A stretch of 64,000 bases of DNA from Sedimentisphaerales bacterium (GCA_040772485.1 JAXGYC010000008.1:480001-544000); one strand, 5' to 3'; shown: positions 1 to 10,585, counted from the first letter of the stretch. Program-made: numbers and translations. The notes: a model not told the origin generated them from the letters alone.

Positions 1-865
1 GGCGGCCCAGCTTCTTTCGCAGCTCGTGCACGTTCTCGCCAAAGATCCGAGAGTTTTGCTTGGCGAAGTAGACGTGCTCGAAGATGCAGTGGGCCGGCGT
101 GATGTCGCCACGCCGGACGAAGAACCGGCTGTGCAGACCCTTGGCGTCGAGCTGCACGATCTCGCCCGGTTCGACATCGCGGACGAACGCCGCGCCGATC
201 GCGTCGAAGGCGCAGCTCTCGCTGGCGACGACCAGGGCGCCCTGCGCGGTCTGCCCGATGCTCAGCGGCTTGATGCCGTATGGATCGCGCGCCGCCACGA
301 TATGGTCGGCAAACATAAACAGGAGCGAATAGGCGCCCTGGAGGTGGTTGAGCACGTGGCCCAGCGGGTCCGGCTTGTTCTGGTGCGTCGGCTTGGCCAG
401 CAGATGCACGATGATTTCCGTGTCGCTGGTGCACTTGAAGATACTGCCGTAGGCCTCGTATTCGTCGCGCAGGAGCCCCGCGTTGATCAGATTGCCGTTG
501 TGCGCGACCGCCACCTGGCCACGCGAATACTCCGCCAGCAATGGCTGGCTGTTGTCGATCGTCGAGGAGCCGGCGGTCGAATACCGCACGTGGCCGATCG
601 CCATCGAGGTCGCCAGTTTCTCCAGAACCCCCGAACCACTGCGAAAGACGCGAGAGACGTTCCCCATTCCCTTGTAGCACTGAATGAACTCGCCGTCGCT
701 GGAGGCGATGCCGGCCGCCTCCTGGCCGCGATGCTGGAGGCTGTGCAGGCCATAGTAGGTCTTCTGGACCGCATCCGGGTCGCCGACGACGCCAAACAAC
801 CCACACTCCTCCTTCTTGTCAGGAAAGACCTCGTTCCCATCCAACTCAGATAATGGTTCAGACAT
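1..865 (-). CDS. purF: Amidophosphoribosyltransferase (5' part; continues beyond window start)
   Basis: Manual translation from ATG 865: MSEPLSELDGNEVFPDKKEECGLFGVVGDPDAVQKTYYGLHSLQHRGQEAAGIA..., with the EECG propeptide/Cys motif and LQHRGQ of PurF. Confidence 0.93.
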   Translation of the reverse strand, partial: MSEPLSELDGNEVFPDKKEECGLFGVVGDPDAVQKTYYGLHSLQHRGQEAAGIASSDGEFIQCYKGMGNVSRVFRSGSGVLEKLATSMAIGHVRYSTAGSSTIDNSQPLLAEYSRGQVAVAHNGNLINAGLLRDEYEAYGSIFKCTSDTEIIVHLLAKPTHQNKPDPLGHVLNHLQGAYSLLFMFADHIVAARDPYGIKPLSIGQTAQGALVVASESCAFDAIGAAFVRDVEPGEIVQLDAKGLHSRFFVRRGDITPAHCIFEHVYFAKQNSRIFGENVHELRKKLGR

Positions 866-1061
866 GACCCTCATGCCTCTCGAGAGAGGTTGACACTTCT
901 GTTCAAGAGAAACGTTCCAATCACCCGCCAAAACCGGTAGTGTACCGATTTGTTGATCCCGCGTCAACCGCCGTCTTGAGAAACCGAGCCCGCGTCGTAG
1001 GATTCACATTCGCAGGTCGGTTCCTCAGGACCGCCTATGGCCGGTATTGCCGTGTGGCCAA

Positions 1062-2387
1062 TCAAACCAATGGAGTCGCGCCGGGAACGGCGACCGGGGC
1101 AACGGGCAGGTCGCCGAGTTCGTACCTCGGCGGAGCCAGGTCGAGCCTGGAGCTCTTGATCGCCCAGTCCCACTTCATGGCCCGGCCGGTGTAGGCGCTC
1201 ATCCGGCCGAGGATCGCGGTCATCGTGCTCTCGGCCACCGCCTTGCCCTCGTTCAAGGGCCGACCGTCTCGGATACTCCGGATCAGGTCGGTGTGCTCCT
1301 GCTCGTACGGATTCGGCGTCGGACCTTCATATGTGTAGGTCTTGGCCCCTTCGATCGCCCCTTCCATCGCGATGCCTTTGGCGCCGACGATGCGTTCTCC
1401 GATGCGTTCGGCGCAGCCGGCGATCTGGCGGGCCATGCTCAGGATGCGGGCGCCGTTGGGATACTCGAACTCGACGGCGAAGTGGTCATAGATGTTTCCG
1501 AATTCCGGCTCGATGCGCACCTCGCGACCGCCCATGCCCATCGCCATCACGGGATGCGTCCCCATCGCCCAGTTGATCACGTCGAGGTTATGCACGTGCT
1601 GCTCGACGATGTGGTCGCCGGAGAGCCACGTGTAGTAGTACCAGTTGCGGCACTGGGTCTCCATGTCGGTCCACTGTGGCTTCCGCTCGGTGTAGAACCC
1701 CCACTGGCGGACCCACCCCTGAACCCAGTAGCACTGGCCCGCGACGAGTTCGCCGATGTCGCCGTTGTGGACGCGCTTCATCACCTCAATGTACTTCGGA
1801 TCGTGGCGGCGCTGCGTGCCGGCAACGACGGCCAGCCCCTTCTGCTTCGCCAGATCGGACGATGCCAAGACCGAACGGATGCCCACAGGGTCCACAGCGA
1901 CGGGCTTTTCCATGAACACGTGCTTGCCCGCCTCGATGGCCGCCTTCAGGTGCATCGGGCGAAAGTGCGGGGACGTGGCGAGGATGACGAGGTCCACGCC
2001 GCTGTTGATGACCTTCTTATACGCATCGAAGCCCGTGAAGCACCTCTCCGGCGTGACCTTCACCTTGTCGGCGTGCGTCCAGGGCGAAGACGAACTCCAG
2101 TCTTTTTCGCCGTTGGTTTTGATCGTCTTGAGGCAGGTGTCGACGCGGTCCTGGAACAGATCGCCGAGGGCCACAATCTCCACATTCGGCGCCGAATCGA
2201 CGCAATTGCGAACGGCCCCCATGCCCCGGCTGCCGCAGCCGATCAGGCCAACGCGGATCGTATCGGAGCCAGCGGCAAGGAGCCGCCCGCCGCCCAGCCC
2301 CAGCGCGGCCATCGAAAGGGCCGACCCCTGCATGAATCTTCGCCGTGAAATCGACTCACCCGATCTGTCTGTAGCCTGCCGCACCAT
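1062..2387 (-). CDS. Gfo/Idh/MocA family oxidoreductase, Tat-exported
   Basis: SRRRFMQ Tat motif, VGLIGCGSRG Rossmann motif, HVFMEKP, GDHIVEQHVH. Confidence 0.9.
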   Translation of the reverse strand: MVRQATDRSGESISRRRFMQGSALSMAALGLGGGRLLAAGSDTIRVGLIGCGSRGMGAVRNCVDSAPNVEIVALGDLFQDRVDTCLKTIKTNGEKDWSSSSPWTHADKVKVTPERCFTGFDAYKKVINSGVDLVILATSPHFRPMHLKAAIEAGKHVFMEKPVAVDPVGIRSVLASSDLAKQKGLAVVAGTQRRHDPKYIEVMKRVHNGDIGELVAGQCYWVQGWVRQWGFYTERKPQWTDMETQCRNWYYYTWLSGDHIVEQHVHNLDVINWAMGTHPVMAMGMGGREVRIEPEFGNIYDHFAVEFEYPNGARILSMARQIAGCAERIGERIVGAKGIAMEGAIEGAKTYTYEGPTPNPYEQEHTDLIRSIRDGRPLNEGKAVAESTMTAILGRMSAYTGRAMKWDWAIKSSRLDLAPPRYELGDLPVAPVAVPGATPLV

Positions 2388-2477
2388 GCTCGTCTCCTCA
2401 TCCAGAAGCCCCTTTGACCGGCGTGCATCACACGGCACGCTCGGCGTCCAACAGTTTCACTTCCTCTCGACCACAGG

Positions 2478-3107
2478 TCAAGTCCTCGCGAGGATACTGC
2501 TCAGCAACGGGATGAACTGGCGGATGGCGTTGCCGCGATGGCTGATGGCGTTCTTCTGGCCGTCGGGCAGTTGGGCGACGGTCTGTCCCAGGGCCGGGAC
2601 GAAAAAGACCGGGTCGTAGCCGAAGCCGTTCTCTCCAGCCGGCTCGTCGACGATGATCCCTTCGACCGTCCCCTTCGTCTCGGCGAGCACCTTCTCGGGG
2701 CTGGCCAGACACAGATGGCACACGAATCGCGCCGTCCGCTTGTCTTGGGGCACGCCTTCGAGCAGTGCGAGGAGTTTGGCGATATTCCGCCGGTCGATCT
2801 CCTTCCGGCTGGTCCCCGCCGGAACGTCGCCCGAAAACCGCGCCGACTGGACGCCGGGGGCGCCGCCCAGCGCATCGACCACCAGACCTGAATCATCCGC
2901 CAGCGTCCAGAGTCCCGTCGCGCGGGCGTACTCTGTCGCTTTCTTGCGAGCGTTCTGTGCGAACGTCGCGCCGTCCTCCTCGACCTCGCCGACCTGCGGA
3001 AAGTCCGCCAGCGTCTTCCACTCGACCGAATCGCCCAGCATCGCCCGCAACTCCCGAACCTTCCCCGCATTCGTCGTCGCCACCAGGATTGTACGTGAGG
3101 AAACCAT
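2478..3107 (-). CDS. rdgB: Non-canonical purine NTP pyrophosphatase (RdgB/HAM1)
   Basis: ATTNAGKVRE, LADDSGL, GFGYDPVF, KNAISHRG motifs. Confidence 0.93.
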   Translation of the reverse strand: MVSSRTILVATTNAGKVRELRAMLGDSVEWKTLADFPQVGEVEEDGATFAQNARKKATEYARATGLWTLADDSGLVVDALGGAPGVQSARFSGDVPAGTSRKEIDRRNIAKLLALLEGVPQDKRTARFVCHLCLASPEKVLAETKGTVEGIIVDEPAGENGFGYDPVFFVPALGQTVAQLPDGQKNAISHRGNAIRQFIPLLSSILART

Positions 3108-3129
3108 GAGACCATCCCTTGGATCGAAA

Positions 3130-4104
3130 TCAATACGACATGGCGGGAGCGTTCGAGCAGATGCGCGACCCAAACTGTAGCGTTCGGGGATCGATCTTCT
3201 TGTCGAATTGGACGGGGTCTTTGAACACGTAGGGGAGCTGAACCACCTTCTCCTCGAAATGCACATCGAGCTTGTCCTGAACGATCAGCTCGAAGCTGGC
3301 CCCTTCGAAGAGCAGCTTGTCGTCGATGCCCAGCTTGCGGCGGATCACCGGGACAAATTCGGGGTTCACCTCGTAGCCGATCGAGTTGCGTTCGAGGTTG
3401 CGGGCCGCCAGGGAGGTTGTCCCACTACCGAGGAAGGGGATCGGAACCGTGTCACCAACGAACGTGAACATCCGTATCGAGCACCGTGGAATCTCTTCAG
3501 GGAACATGGCCAGGTGGCCATCCTGGCCGCTCGCCAGGATATTCCAGTGACCGGTCAAAGAAGGTGTTCCACTCCTCCGTCGTCATGCGCGAACTTGTTC
3601 TTGGTCGCCTGACTGACCTTCGTGCAGGCGGTCCCGTGTTTTCCGGAAGATCAGGATGAACTCGTAATCGAGCTTGGATGCCGTTCCTCGGGTAGGCGAT
3701 CATGATCGTGGCGCCGCCGGTCGTATTGCAGGTGGTGACCTTCCTGCTCGGTCAAGCGATGAGACGCCCATATAGTCGAAGCCGATGATCTCGCAGAACT
3801 TGATGATCTCCGTGCGGATCGGAATGACTTTGTATCGCCCGTAGTACACGGACCGGGCAAACTGATCGCCTATATTCACGCACAGGCGGCAGCCCTTGGC
3901 CAGGACTCTGTGACATTCGGACCAGACGAGGTTCAGGTTGTTGATGTAGGTCTCGTAGCTGTCGTCGAACCCGATCTGCCGCCCGTTGCCGTAGTCCTTG
4001 AGCTGCCAATAGGGCGGCGAGGTGACGACGAGATGCACCGATTCGTCGCCGACCTCGGCCATGGACCGTGAGTCTCCCGTGATTATTCTGTGGTGCGTCT
4101 TCAT
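3130..4104 (-). pseudogene. Site-specific N4/N6 DNA methyltransferase, frameshifted in its middle (pseudogene or assembly error)
   Basis: VVTSPPYW catalytic motif in the 5' piece; HLAMFPEE and PFLGSGTT SAM-binding motif in the 3' piece; intervening conserved text (KVTTCNTTGGATIM, YPRNGI, KLDYEFILIF, EEWNTFF) is spread across reading frames. Confidence 0.8.
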
Positions 4105-4233
4105 ACCCGCGATCATCCGACAAAGCCAGGAAAGGAATCCCCTCGTTTATACCCGCCCTTGCCGCGTATTTCAAGGCCCGGTTGGATTCGGATGAGCGCT
4201 GTATGGACAGTCTGGCAAACGGGGAAGCGTGCG

Positions 4234-6546
4234 TTACGGCGTGGAGCGGAGGTGGACGGTGATTTCGAGGGTGCCGGAGGGGGCGGGTTTGTGGATGGCG
4301 ATGCGGGTGTGCTCGGCGCCTTCGGCCAGGGGCAAGTGCTGGATACGGACGGTGCAATCCGGCGGGACCGAGATCGTTGCGAGGCCTTTGTCGCCTCGGA
4401 TCGTGACGACGCTGTCGGTCTGCTCGACCGGCAGGTTCGTCTGCCAATAGAACTCGACGGCGTCGCCCTTGGCCAGCTCGTATTCGTCGCGGATTGTCAG
4501 CACATCGGGCGAGGGTGAATCCCAGGTGCGGACCCATTTCTTGTAGTAGCCGTTCCAGCCGGGCGTTGCGTCGATCTGCGCGTGGAATGCTTGCTCATCC
4601 CCTTCTCCGGTCGGCTTGACGTCGAATGGCAGCGGATTCAGCGGGGCCGCACGCTCCGTCATCCCGACCGGCACGAGCATGTTGTGGCGCTGGCAGTGCT
4701 TGTACACCGCGTGGATCGGGTCGTCGTAATCACAGATCCCCAGGTCCATCGCGAAAGTCTGGCCTGCGAATTCGAGCACGAAGCTGCCCTTGTCTTCGTG
4801 CGTGTGGCCCGCATTGGCCTTGTTGCCCATGATGAAGACCTTGACCAATTCGCTGCCGAGCGGCCGCGTCGAAGCGATGTAGCCGATCTCGGGCAGCTCG
4901 ATGTACGCCGGCAGAGGCGGCGCTGCATCCAACATCGGCTCGCCTCGGGCGGCCTGCTGCCTGTTGTAGAGGGTGGTCCAGTAGCTATGTGGCACCAGTT
5001 CGGTCAGGATGCGCAGCGTATCGTTGCGAAAGTCAGGACCAGAGTCGCAGACCGCGATCACATCATCGTTCGTCGTGGAGGCTACGACGGCGGCGTAGTT
5101 CGCGGTCCGCTTGACGATCGCAGGGACAAGCTCCGCGAGGTTGCGGCCACGGGCCCGCGCATAGTGCTTCATCGCGTTGTAGTTCTCTCGGATCGTCGGA
5201 TTCAGGTAGCTGGGACCTTCGAGCGACCCGCCGTCCGGCTCGATGACATTTTCGAGATTGTCGATGGCGTCGCCAAGGGCCAGGTCCGCGTAGGGCTTGA
5301 CGCGGGGCCACTCGCGCTCCAGCACGAGATACGCGTACATCCGGCCCGTGTTGAAATACGCGAGCTGGTTGCAGTGGAAGATGTATTCGTGCCGCCAGGC
5401 GACGAAATTGACCGGCCCGATCCCTTCCTCCGCCAGTCGCCGCATCAGGTACGTCCGTCCGGCGTCGGTGAAGACCTCGCCCGCCAGGTCGAGGATCACG
5501 GCGATGTCCTCGGCGGTGTACGAGCGGCGGAATGCCCGGTCCTCCCAGGCGCTGCCGGGCAGGACGGACATGAAGCCCGTGTCCCAGTGCTCGCTCATCG
5601 CCAGCGACAGCGCATAGCGAGCGGCCATGCGCAGCGCCTCGGCGTCGCGCAGGACGAGCCCTGCGACAGCAAGCTCGGGATTGCCCGACAGGCGAGGGCG
5701 GAACTCGTCCCGCACGCGACTGTGGGCGCTGGTCCTCCCGCCGCTGCCGACGAACTCGCTGATCCCCTTCTCCGGCTGATACCCTCGCGCCGCGGCGGCG
5801 CGTCGCGTGAACTCCGACTCGCCGCCCTCTGTCACCGCCCGCTCGTGCTCGGCGCGCAGGTCCGCCAGCTCTTCGGCCGTCAGGAATATGCCGTAACGAG
5901 GCTCGAATCGCAGGGTCGCATCCGGCGCCTTCAGGTAGGCGTCCCACTGCATGCCGGAGTAGTCCCAGCGATCGAAATACTGCGCGAGCCGCTCACTGCT
6001 CTGGAGTCCGATCCAGGTAAACCAGCCTGCGGCGCCGCCTTCGGCCCCGGTTTCAAGTTCCAGTGTGATCGTCTCGATGCAGCGGGCACCTTGCAGGTCC
6101 AGTACATACTCGGCGCGGTTCTCGGTGGCCGGCTCGGAGACGAACGTGCGCGGGCCCAGGTCCGTTGCTGCGGTCACGCGAGTGACGCACCCCTTCGGCG
6201 GCGACAGGCGGACGAGCAGCCGATCGTAGGCCGAACAGTCGACGTGGAAGTCGCGGCTCATGCGCAACGCCGGACCGACTGCCGGCTTCGAGGCCCACTC
6301 GAAATCGACCGCGCTCCAGTTCTGCCTGATCCGCAACCCATGTCCGGTCCCGGAATCGATCTTCCACCTCGCCAGGCCGCTCAGCTCCGGCGCCCAGAAC
6401 GGCTCGATGATCGCCTCGGCCATGTTGATCGGAACGCCCTTGCGCAACGCCGATCTCTCGCCAGCGCCGCGAGCGGGAACAGGCCGCAGAACGAACAGGA
6501 GCAAACATAGAAACAGACAGGATCGGATGCGCGCAGGAAATCTCAT
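4234..6546 (-). CDS. Exported protein with heparinase II/III-like C-terminal domain (putative polysaccharide lyase)
   Basis: Signal peptide; GHTHEDKGSFVLEFAGQTFAMDLG and HNML motifs resemble the heparinase II/III beta domain. Confidence 0.65.
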   Translation of the reverse strand: MRFPARIRSCLFLCLLLFVLRPVPARGAGERSALRKGVPINMAEAIIEPFWAPELSGLARWKIDSGTGHGLRIRQNWSAVDFEWASKPAVGPALRMSRDFHVDCSAYDRLLVRLSPPKGCVTRVTAATDLGPRTFVSEPATENRAEYVLDLQGARCIETITLELETGAEGGAAGWFTWIGLQSSERLAQYFDRWDYSGMQWDAYLKAPDATLRFEPRYGIFLTAEELADLRAEHERAVTEGGESEFTRRAAAARGYQPEKGISEFVGSGGRTSAHSRVRDEFRPRLSGNPELAVAGLVLRDAEALRMAARYALSLAMSEHWDTGFMSVLPGSAWEDRAFRRSYTAEDIAVILDLAGEVFTDAGRTYLMRRLAEEGIGPVNFVAWRHEYIFHCNQLAYFNTGRMYAYLVLEREWPRVKPYADLALGDAIDNLENVIEPDGGSLEGPSYLNPTIRENYNAMKHYARARGRNLAELVPAIVKRTANYAAVVASTTNDDVIAVCDSGPDFRNDTLRILTELVPHSYWTTLYNRQQAARGEPMLDAAPPLPAYIELPEIGYIASTRPLGSELVKVFIMGNKANAGHTHEDKGSFVLEFAGQTFAMDLGICDYDDPIHAVYKHCQRHNMLVPVGMTERAAPLNPLPFDVKPTGEGDEQAFHAQIDATPGWNGYYKKWVRTWDSPSPDVLTIRDEYELAKGDAVEFYWQTNLPVEQTDSVVTIRGDKGLATISVPPDCTVRIQHLPLAEGAEHTRIAIHKPAPSGTLEITVHLRSTP

Positions 6547-6604
6547 CGTGTTCACCTCGTGCCCGTTCGGAACCGTAGAGGGCGAGGCATACCTCGCCCC
6601 TGCT

Positions 6605-7948
6605 TCAGTGCCGGCCGACAAGAAGGACAGCGGCCTGGAGCACCGGATCGGCGGCCTCCAGTTCGGTCGGCGTAGCCTTGACAGCGAAGTCCGGAGCAAT
6701 GCCCTGCCCTTCGAAACAGGTGCCGTCCGGACGCAGGGCTTTCCAGGAAGGCAGATACACCGTGACGCCGTTGCCGAGGTCGACCGGCTTGGGATTGCCC
6801 GAGCTTCCGTACGAGGCCGCACCGACCAGCTTGCAGCCGGGCACCTGCTTCATCATGAGCAGGAACGCCTCGCAACTGCTCATGTTGGCCGGACCCATCA
6901 GAACAGCGACCTTGCCGCGGTACTTCGGCCGGAGCTTGCTGGGTTCGAGGACGCGTTCCTGCATCTGACCGAACCCGCTTGGCGCGTCCGCGTCGCGACA
7001 GACGTGTTTGGCATAGACAACGGGCTTGTCGATGAAACAGCCAGCGAATTCCTGGGCGAGAGGCTCGGCCCCCCCGCTGTTGGGACGCACGTCGATGACC
7101 AGGCCCCGTGCGCTGGCCAACTCCCCGAGGGCCACATACACCTGCTCGAGGGCCTCGGTTTGCTTGCTGTCCCAACTGTCGATCCGAATGTAGCCGACAC
7201 CGTTGTCGAACCGGCCCGTGTGGACGACGGCGCTGCGCTTCTGGAACACGGGAACGACCTTGGCCAGCGTGTCGAGATTGTAGTTTCGCACGATGTCGCG
7301 TTTGAAGGGCTGGACGGTCGTGCCGGCGACCTCAATCCAGATGTGCATATCCCGCGCGTGGCCCAGCAGCTTGGCGGCCGCTTCGGCGAAGGCGGCGGGA
7401 TTCTTGGCACCTTCCAGGGCGGGCATGTGTTCGGCAAAGACGGCAGCCCAATCCACGCCTCGCAGATCTTTGTACGAATACTGCGTGTCGATCGCTTCGC
7501 GAAGCCTGGCGGTCGCGTGGGCGTTGCTCTGCGAGCCCGGCGCTGGTTGCGACGCGTTCTCTGCGGCGGTTCGGAACTGCACCGGATGAGGCACGGCCGA
7601 TTCGCTGGCAACGTTGCGGCACTTCCGGGCGGCGGGACAGTTGACGCTGAGCCGGTACTCATGGTCGGCAGCGAGTTGCACGCGCATCACCAGCGTGCGG
7701 CTGTCGGCCCATCGCGGCCGGCCGACCACCTTGGGAAACAGCGGCCCACCGCCGCAGATCGAATACCCACCTGCATCCATATCCTGATCGAAAACGAAAC
7801 GCAGCTCCCGCAGATCGGGATCGACGTTCAGATCGCCGTTGCGCGGCACCGTCTCGATCACCTTCGGGGGCACGGCCAACAGGCTCGCGGCCGGCGATAC
7901 CACCAGAGCTACCCAGACCAAACCGATCGTTCGCTTCCAGATTCCCAT
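6605..7948 (-). CDS. S41 family peptidase with N-terminal Ig-like domain
   Basis: Signal peptide; PPKVIETVP..FDQDM Ig-like start; VGYIRI, IDVRPNSGG, SSCEAF, GQGIAPD motifs of S41/Tsp proteases. Confidence 0.85.
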   Translation of the reverse strand: MGIWKRTIGLVWVALVVSPAASLLAVPPKVIETVPRNGDLNVDPDLRELRFVFDQDMDAGGYSICGGGPLFPKVVGRPRWADSRTLVMRVQLAADHEYRLSVNCPAARKCRNVASESAVPHPVQFRTAAENASQPAPGSQSNAHATARLREAIDTQYSYKDLRGVDWAAVFAEHMPALEGAKNPAAFAEAAAKLLGHARDMHIWIEVAGTTVQPFKRDIVRNYNLDTLAKVVPVFQKRSAVVHTGRFDNGVGYIRIDSWDSKQTEALEQVYVALGELASARGLVIDVRPNSGGAEPLAQEFAGCFIDKPVVYAKHVCRDADAPSGFGQMQERVLEPSKLRPKYRGKVAVLMGPANMSSCEAFLLMMKQVPGCKLVGAASYGSSGNPKPVDLGNGVTVYLPSWKALRPDGTCFEGQGIAPDFAVKATPTELEAADPVLQAAVLLVGRH

Positions 7949-7964
7949 GTCTCCACCTGGACAT

Positions 7965-8050
7965 TCGAATTTACGATTTATGATTTACGATGGAGTCGCG
8001 TTGGAGACGCACAAGGTCAAATCATAATTCGCAAATCATAAATCGTAAAT
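7965..8050. repeat. Inverted heptamer-repeat hairpin element
   Basis: Left arm ATTTACG-ATTTATG-ATTTACG; right arm AATCATA-ATTCGCA-AATCATA-AATCGTA-AAT is its reverse complement. Confidence 0.85.
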
Positions 8051-8107
8051 CCAAAACCGGCCTGGCAGGGGCGAATCATTCCGCCAGAGGCGGACCCGTA
8101 TACGGGT

Positions 8108-9877
8108 TCACCGGCGTTTCTGGATGGGCAGGCCGCAGGCGCCGAACTCGGTCTTGGGGCTGTCGACACGGCCCTGGCTGAACGCGGGGGCCCAGAGGCC
8201 CTGCGTCTTGCCTATCGGCTCGAAGCCGCTGCTGGGATCGGCGCCAACCTTCAACTCATAGGAAACCACAGGGACCAGGCTCTGTAGCTTCGTCATGTAG
8301 TAGCCCTGCTCGAATTTCAGATCATCGAGCGAGACATGCCATTGGAGGATGATCGTGTTTCGGCTGGCGGTCAGCTTGTCGATGGGCAGCTCGATGTCAT
8401 ACGTGCCGTCGCCGCTCTTGTGGAAGGGCAGAGTCACAGTGTCCGTCACCGGCGCGTCTGCCACGCGGCCGAGCAGCACGCCTTCGAGCGGGGTCGCGGC
8501 GTAGGGCAGGCGAACCGGCAGAAGCGCGGTGTCGTGCGGGCCTTGCAGGAGCGTCAGGTAGGCTTTGACCCGAGCCTTGCCCTCGGGCAGAATCATCCAG
8601 TAGTCGATCTGCCTGCCGACGAATTCGGGCTTGTCCCACTGCTGGTAGGTGGGCTTGGGCGCGGGGACATCATCCGCATCAAGCGGCTCGGGCAGGTTCT
8701 CCACCGCCGCGTCTTCGACGTGGAGATCGCCATAGATGACGCGGTAGGTTTCAGAGTCTTTCGGACGATACCAGAAGATCGCCTTGTCCGCCTCGCCGAG
8801 TTTCACTCCTTGGCCTCTATAGGTCCATTCGCCCTCGGCCTTCTGGCTGAAGAACCGAATGAAGAGTAGATGCTTGTTCATCTTCACTCCCAGTTCGGCC
8901 TCCTCCTCCTTTGACAGTCCCAGTTCCTCGCCCTTGCCCTGCATCCCTTCAATGCTCCGCATGAAATCCTCGATGGCCACGCCGTCCGGGAAATACCCAT
9001 CGCCGAAGATCTCTGCCCGCATCCGCAGACCTTCGATGAAGTCCTCCTCCGTCGCGCCCAGCAGGTCAAGCGTGGTTTCACCGGCGGAGGTATACCCTTC
9101 GGGCACCTCCATGGAGAACAGGGACTCGTCAAAAGGCACGTCGAACTGCATGTTCTTGCAGATCGTTCGCATCTGGCCTTCGTTCTGCTCGATGCGCACG
9201 GGCAGGCCGGTCTCCGCGTCGGCCCAGAGCGTGATCTCGGTGCGCGGGTGTTTGGCAAGGAAGCCCACGACCTCTCGACCGTCGATCTCCTGAACACCGA
9301 GATCCTCGACGACGAAATCGGGGCTCTTGTCCAACATGAGCAGGACGTTCTTGAGATGGTCCATATAATTCGGTATCGAGGGCAGCCCCTCCAGACTCAC
9401 GTACTGCGCTTCCTTCTTCTCGTCGAAAAGCGTCAGAATCCGGCTTGACTCCAGGTCAATGATCGCAACGGTATTGCCCATGCCGGCGACGGTTCTTCGG
9501 ATGCGCGAGCCCATGACCATATCGTGGATGACAGGCGCGTTGCCGTCCTCAGGACCGATGATGATGTCGAATTCGGCGGTGCCGGCTCTGAGGATGGGCT
9601 GGATGACCTGGGCAAAGGTCAACGTCGAGCCCACCGGGTTGCCGACAAAGTGAAACGCAATCAATGCCGCGATCGTGATCCCTGCCGCGGCGGCAATCTT
9701 TGTTGTTCTGCTGGTCATGATGATTCTCCATAACGCCGGCTCCGGATGCGTTGTCGCACGCCGGCGGCGCTCTTCCAGCTCGTCGAGGGCACCGCGCAGC
9801 ATTCGCTCGTCCGCCCCCTGGCCGGCTGCGATTTGGGATTCGTGGATCAGTCGTCTTATCTCATCTGCCGGTTTCAT
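8108..9877 (-). CDS. Putative anti-sigma factor with periplasmic LolA-like fold and C-terminal beta domain
   Basis: Short cytoplasmic N-terminus, one TM helix, LWADAETGLPVRIE...FDESLFSMEVPEGY LolA-like signature; 4-bp overlap with ECF sigma gene. Confidence 0.7.
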   Translation of the reverse strand: MKPADEIRRLIHESQIAAGQGADERMLRGALDELEERRRRATTHPEPALWRIIMTSRTTKIAAAAGITIAALIAFHFVGNPVGSTLTFAQVIQPILRAGTAEFDIIIGPEDGNAPVIHDMVMGSRIRRTVAGMGNTVAIIDLESSRILTLFDEKKEAQYVSLEGLPSIPNYMDHLKNVLLMLDKSPDFVVEDLGVQEIDGREVVGFLAKHPRTEITLWADAETGLPVRIEQNEGQMRTICKNMQFDVPFDESLFSMEVPEGYTSAGETTLDLLGATEEDFIEGLRMRAEIFGDGYFPDGVAIEDFMRSIEGMQGKGEELGLSKEEEAELGVKMNKHLLFIRFFSQKAEGEWTYRGQGVKLGEADKAIFWYRPKDSETYRVIYGDLHVEDAAVENLPEPLDADDVPAPKPTYQQWDKPEFVGRQIDYWMILPEGKARVKAYLTLLQGPHDTALLPVRLPYAATPLEGVLLGRVADAPVTDTVTLPFHKSGDGTYDIELPIDKLTASRNTIILQWHVSLDDLKFEQGYYMTKLQSLVPVVSYELKVGADPSSGFEPIGKTQGLWAPAFSQGRVDSPKTEFGACGLPIQKRR

Positions 9878-10416
9878 CGGGTGACCTCACCGTTGAGAAG
9901 TAACCGCAGTTTGTCGATTCCATAACGGTAGCGGCTCTTGGCCGTATTGGTCGAAATCTGCCGCGCCCGGGCGATGGCGCCGAAGGTCATCGAGCCGTGC
10001 AGGTGCATCAGGACTGCTTCGCGCTGCTCGAACGGCAACTCGGCCATCGCGAGGCTGAGCCGCCCGAGCTGTTCGTTGCACTCGACCGCCTCGACGGGTC
10101 CATCGGCATCCACGGGCGTGGTGTCATTGATACCAGCCCCTGACCGGCCGCGTCGCCGCTCGGCCTTGTTCCAGTTGCGAGCGTGGTTGGCCACGCAGGT
10201 CAGCAGGAAGCCCTTGAGACTGCCGGTCAGCCGGAAACCGTCCAGGCCTCGCACGAACGACACGAACACGTCATGCACCACGTCCTCGCAGGCGCTGCGG
10301 TCGTTCAGCAGGGCTATCGCGAGGAAGAGCAGGTCCGTCTTGTACTTGCGGTATATGCGCGCAAGGGCCTCCGGGCTTCCCCGCTTACATCGATAAACAA
10401 GCAGCTTGTCTTCCAT
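9874..10416 (-). CDS. ECF RNA polymerase sigma factor (sigma70 group 4)
   Basis: Region 2 (CEDVVHDVF, LKGFLLT) and region 4 (LPFEQREAV...IARARQISTNTAKSRYRYG). Confidence 0.92.
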   Translation of the reverse strand: MEDKLLVYRCKRGSPEALARIYRKYKTDLLFLAIALLNDRSACEDVVHDVFVSFVRGLDGFRLTGSLKGFLLTCVANHARNWNKAERRRGRSGAGINDTTPVDADGPVEAVECNEQLGRLSLAMAELPFEQREAVLMHLHGSMTFGAIARARQISTNTAKSRYRYGIDKLRLLLNGEVTR

Positions 10417-10585
10417 AGTGCCGGTCCGGCGAACCCGTCTGCAAACGTCTGTCGGCAATATAACAACCGCCGAGGCGATTCGGGTCTACCGGGCGAAGCG
10501 TTTTTTCGCAACCGGCGTGTTCGCGGCGCGGGCGCATGGAAAAGGCCGGGTGGAAAGCCCGGCCTGGTGCAAATCATATTTTCGA

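Noticed and set aside
26..853. Plus-strand 275-aa ORF and other long antisense ORFs (e.g. 4582-6510, 57511-59307, 59599-61131)
   Set aside because: Shadow ORFs opposite well-supported genes, expected at this GC content; no recognisable motifs.
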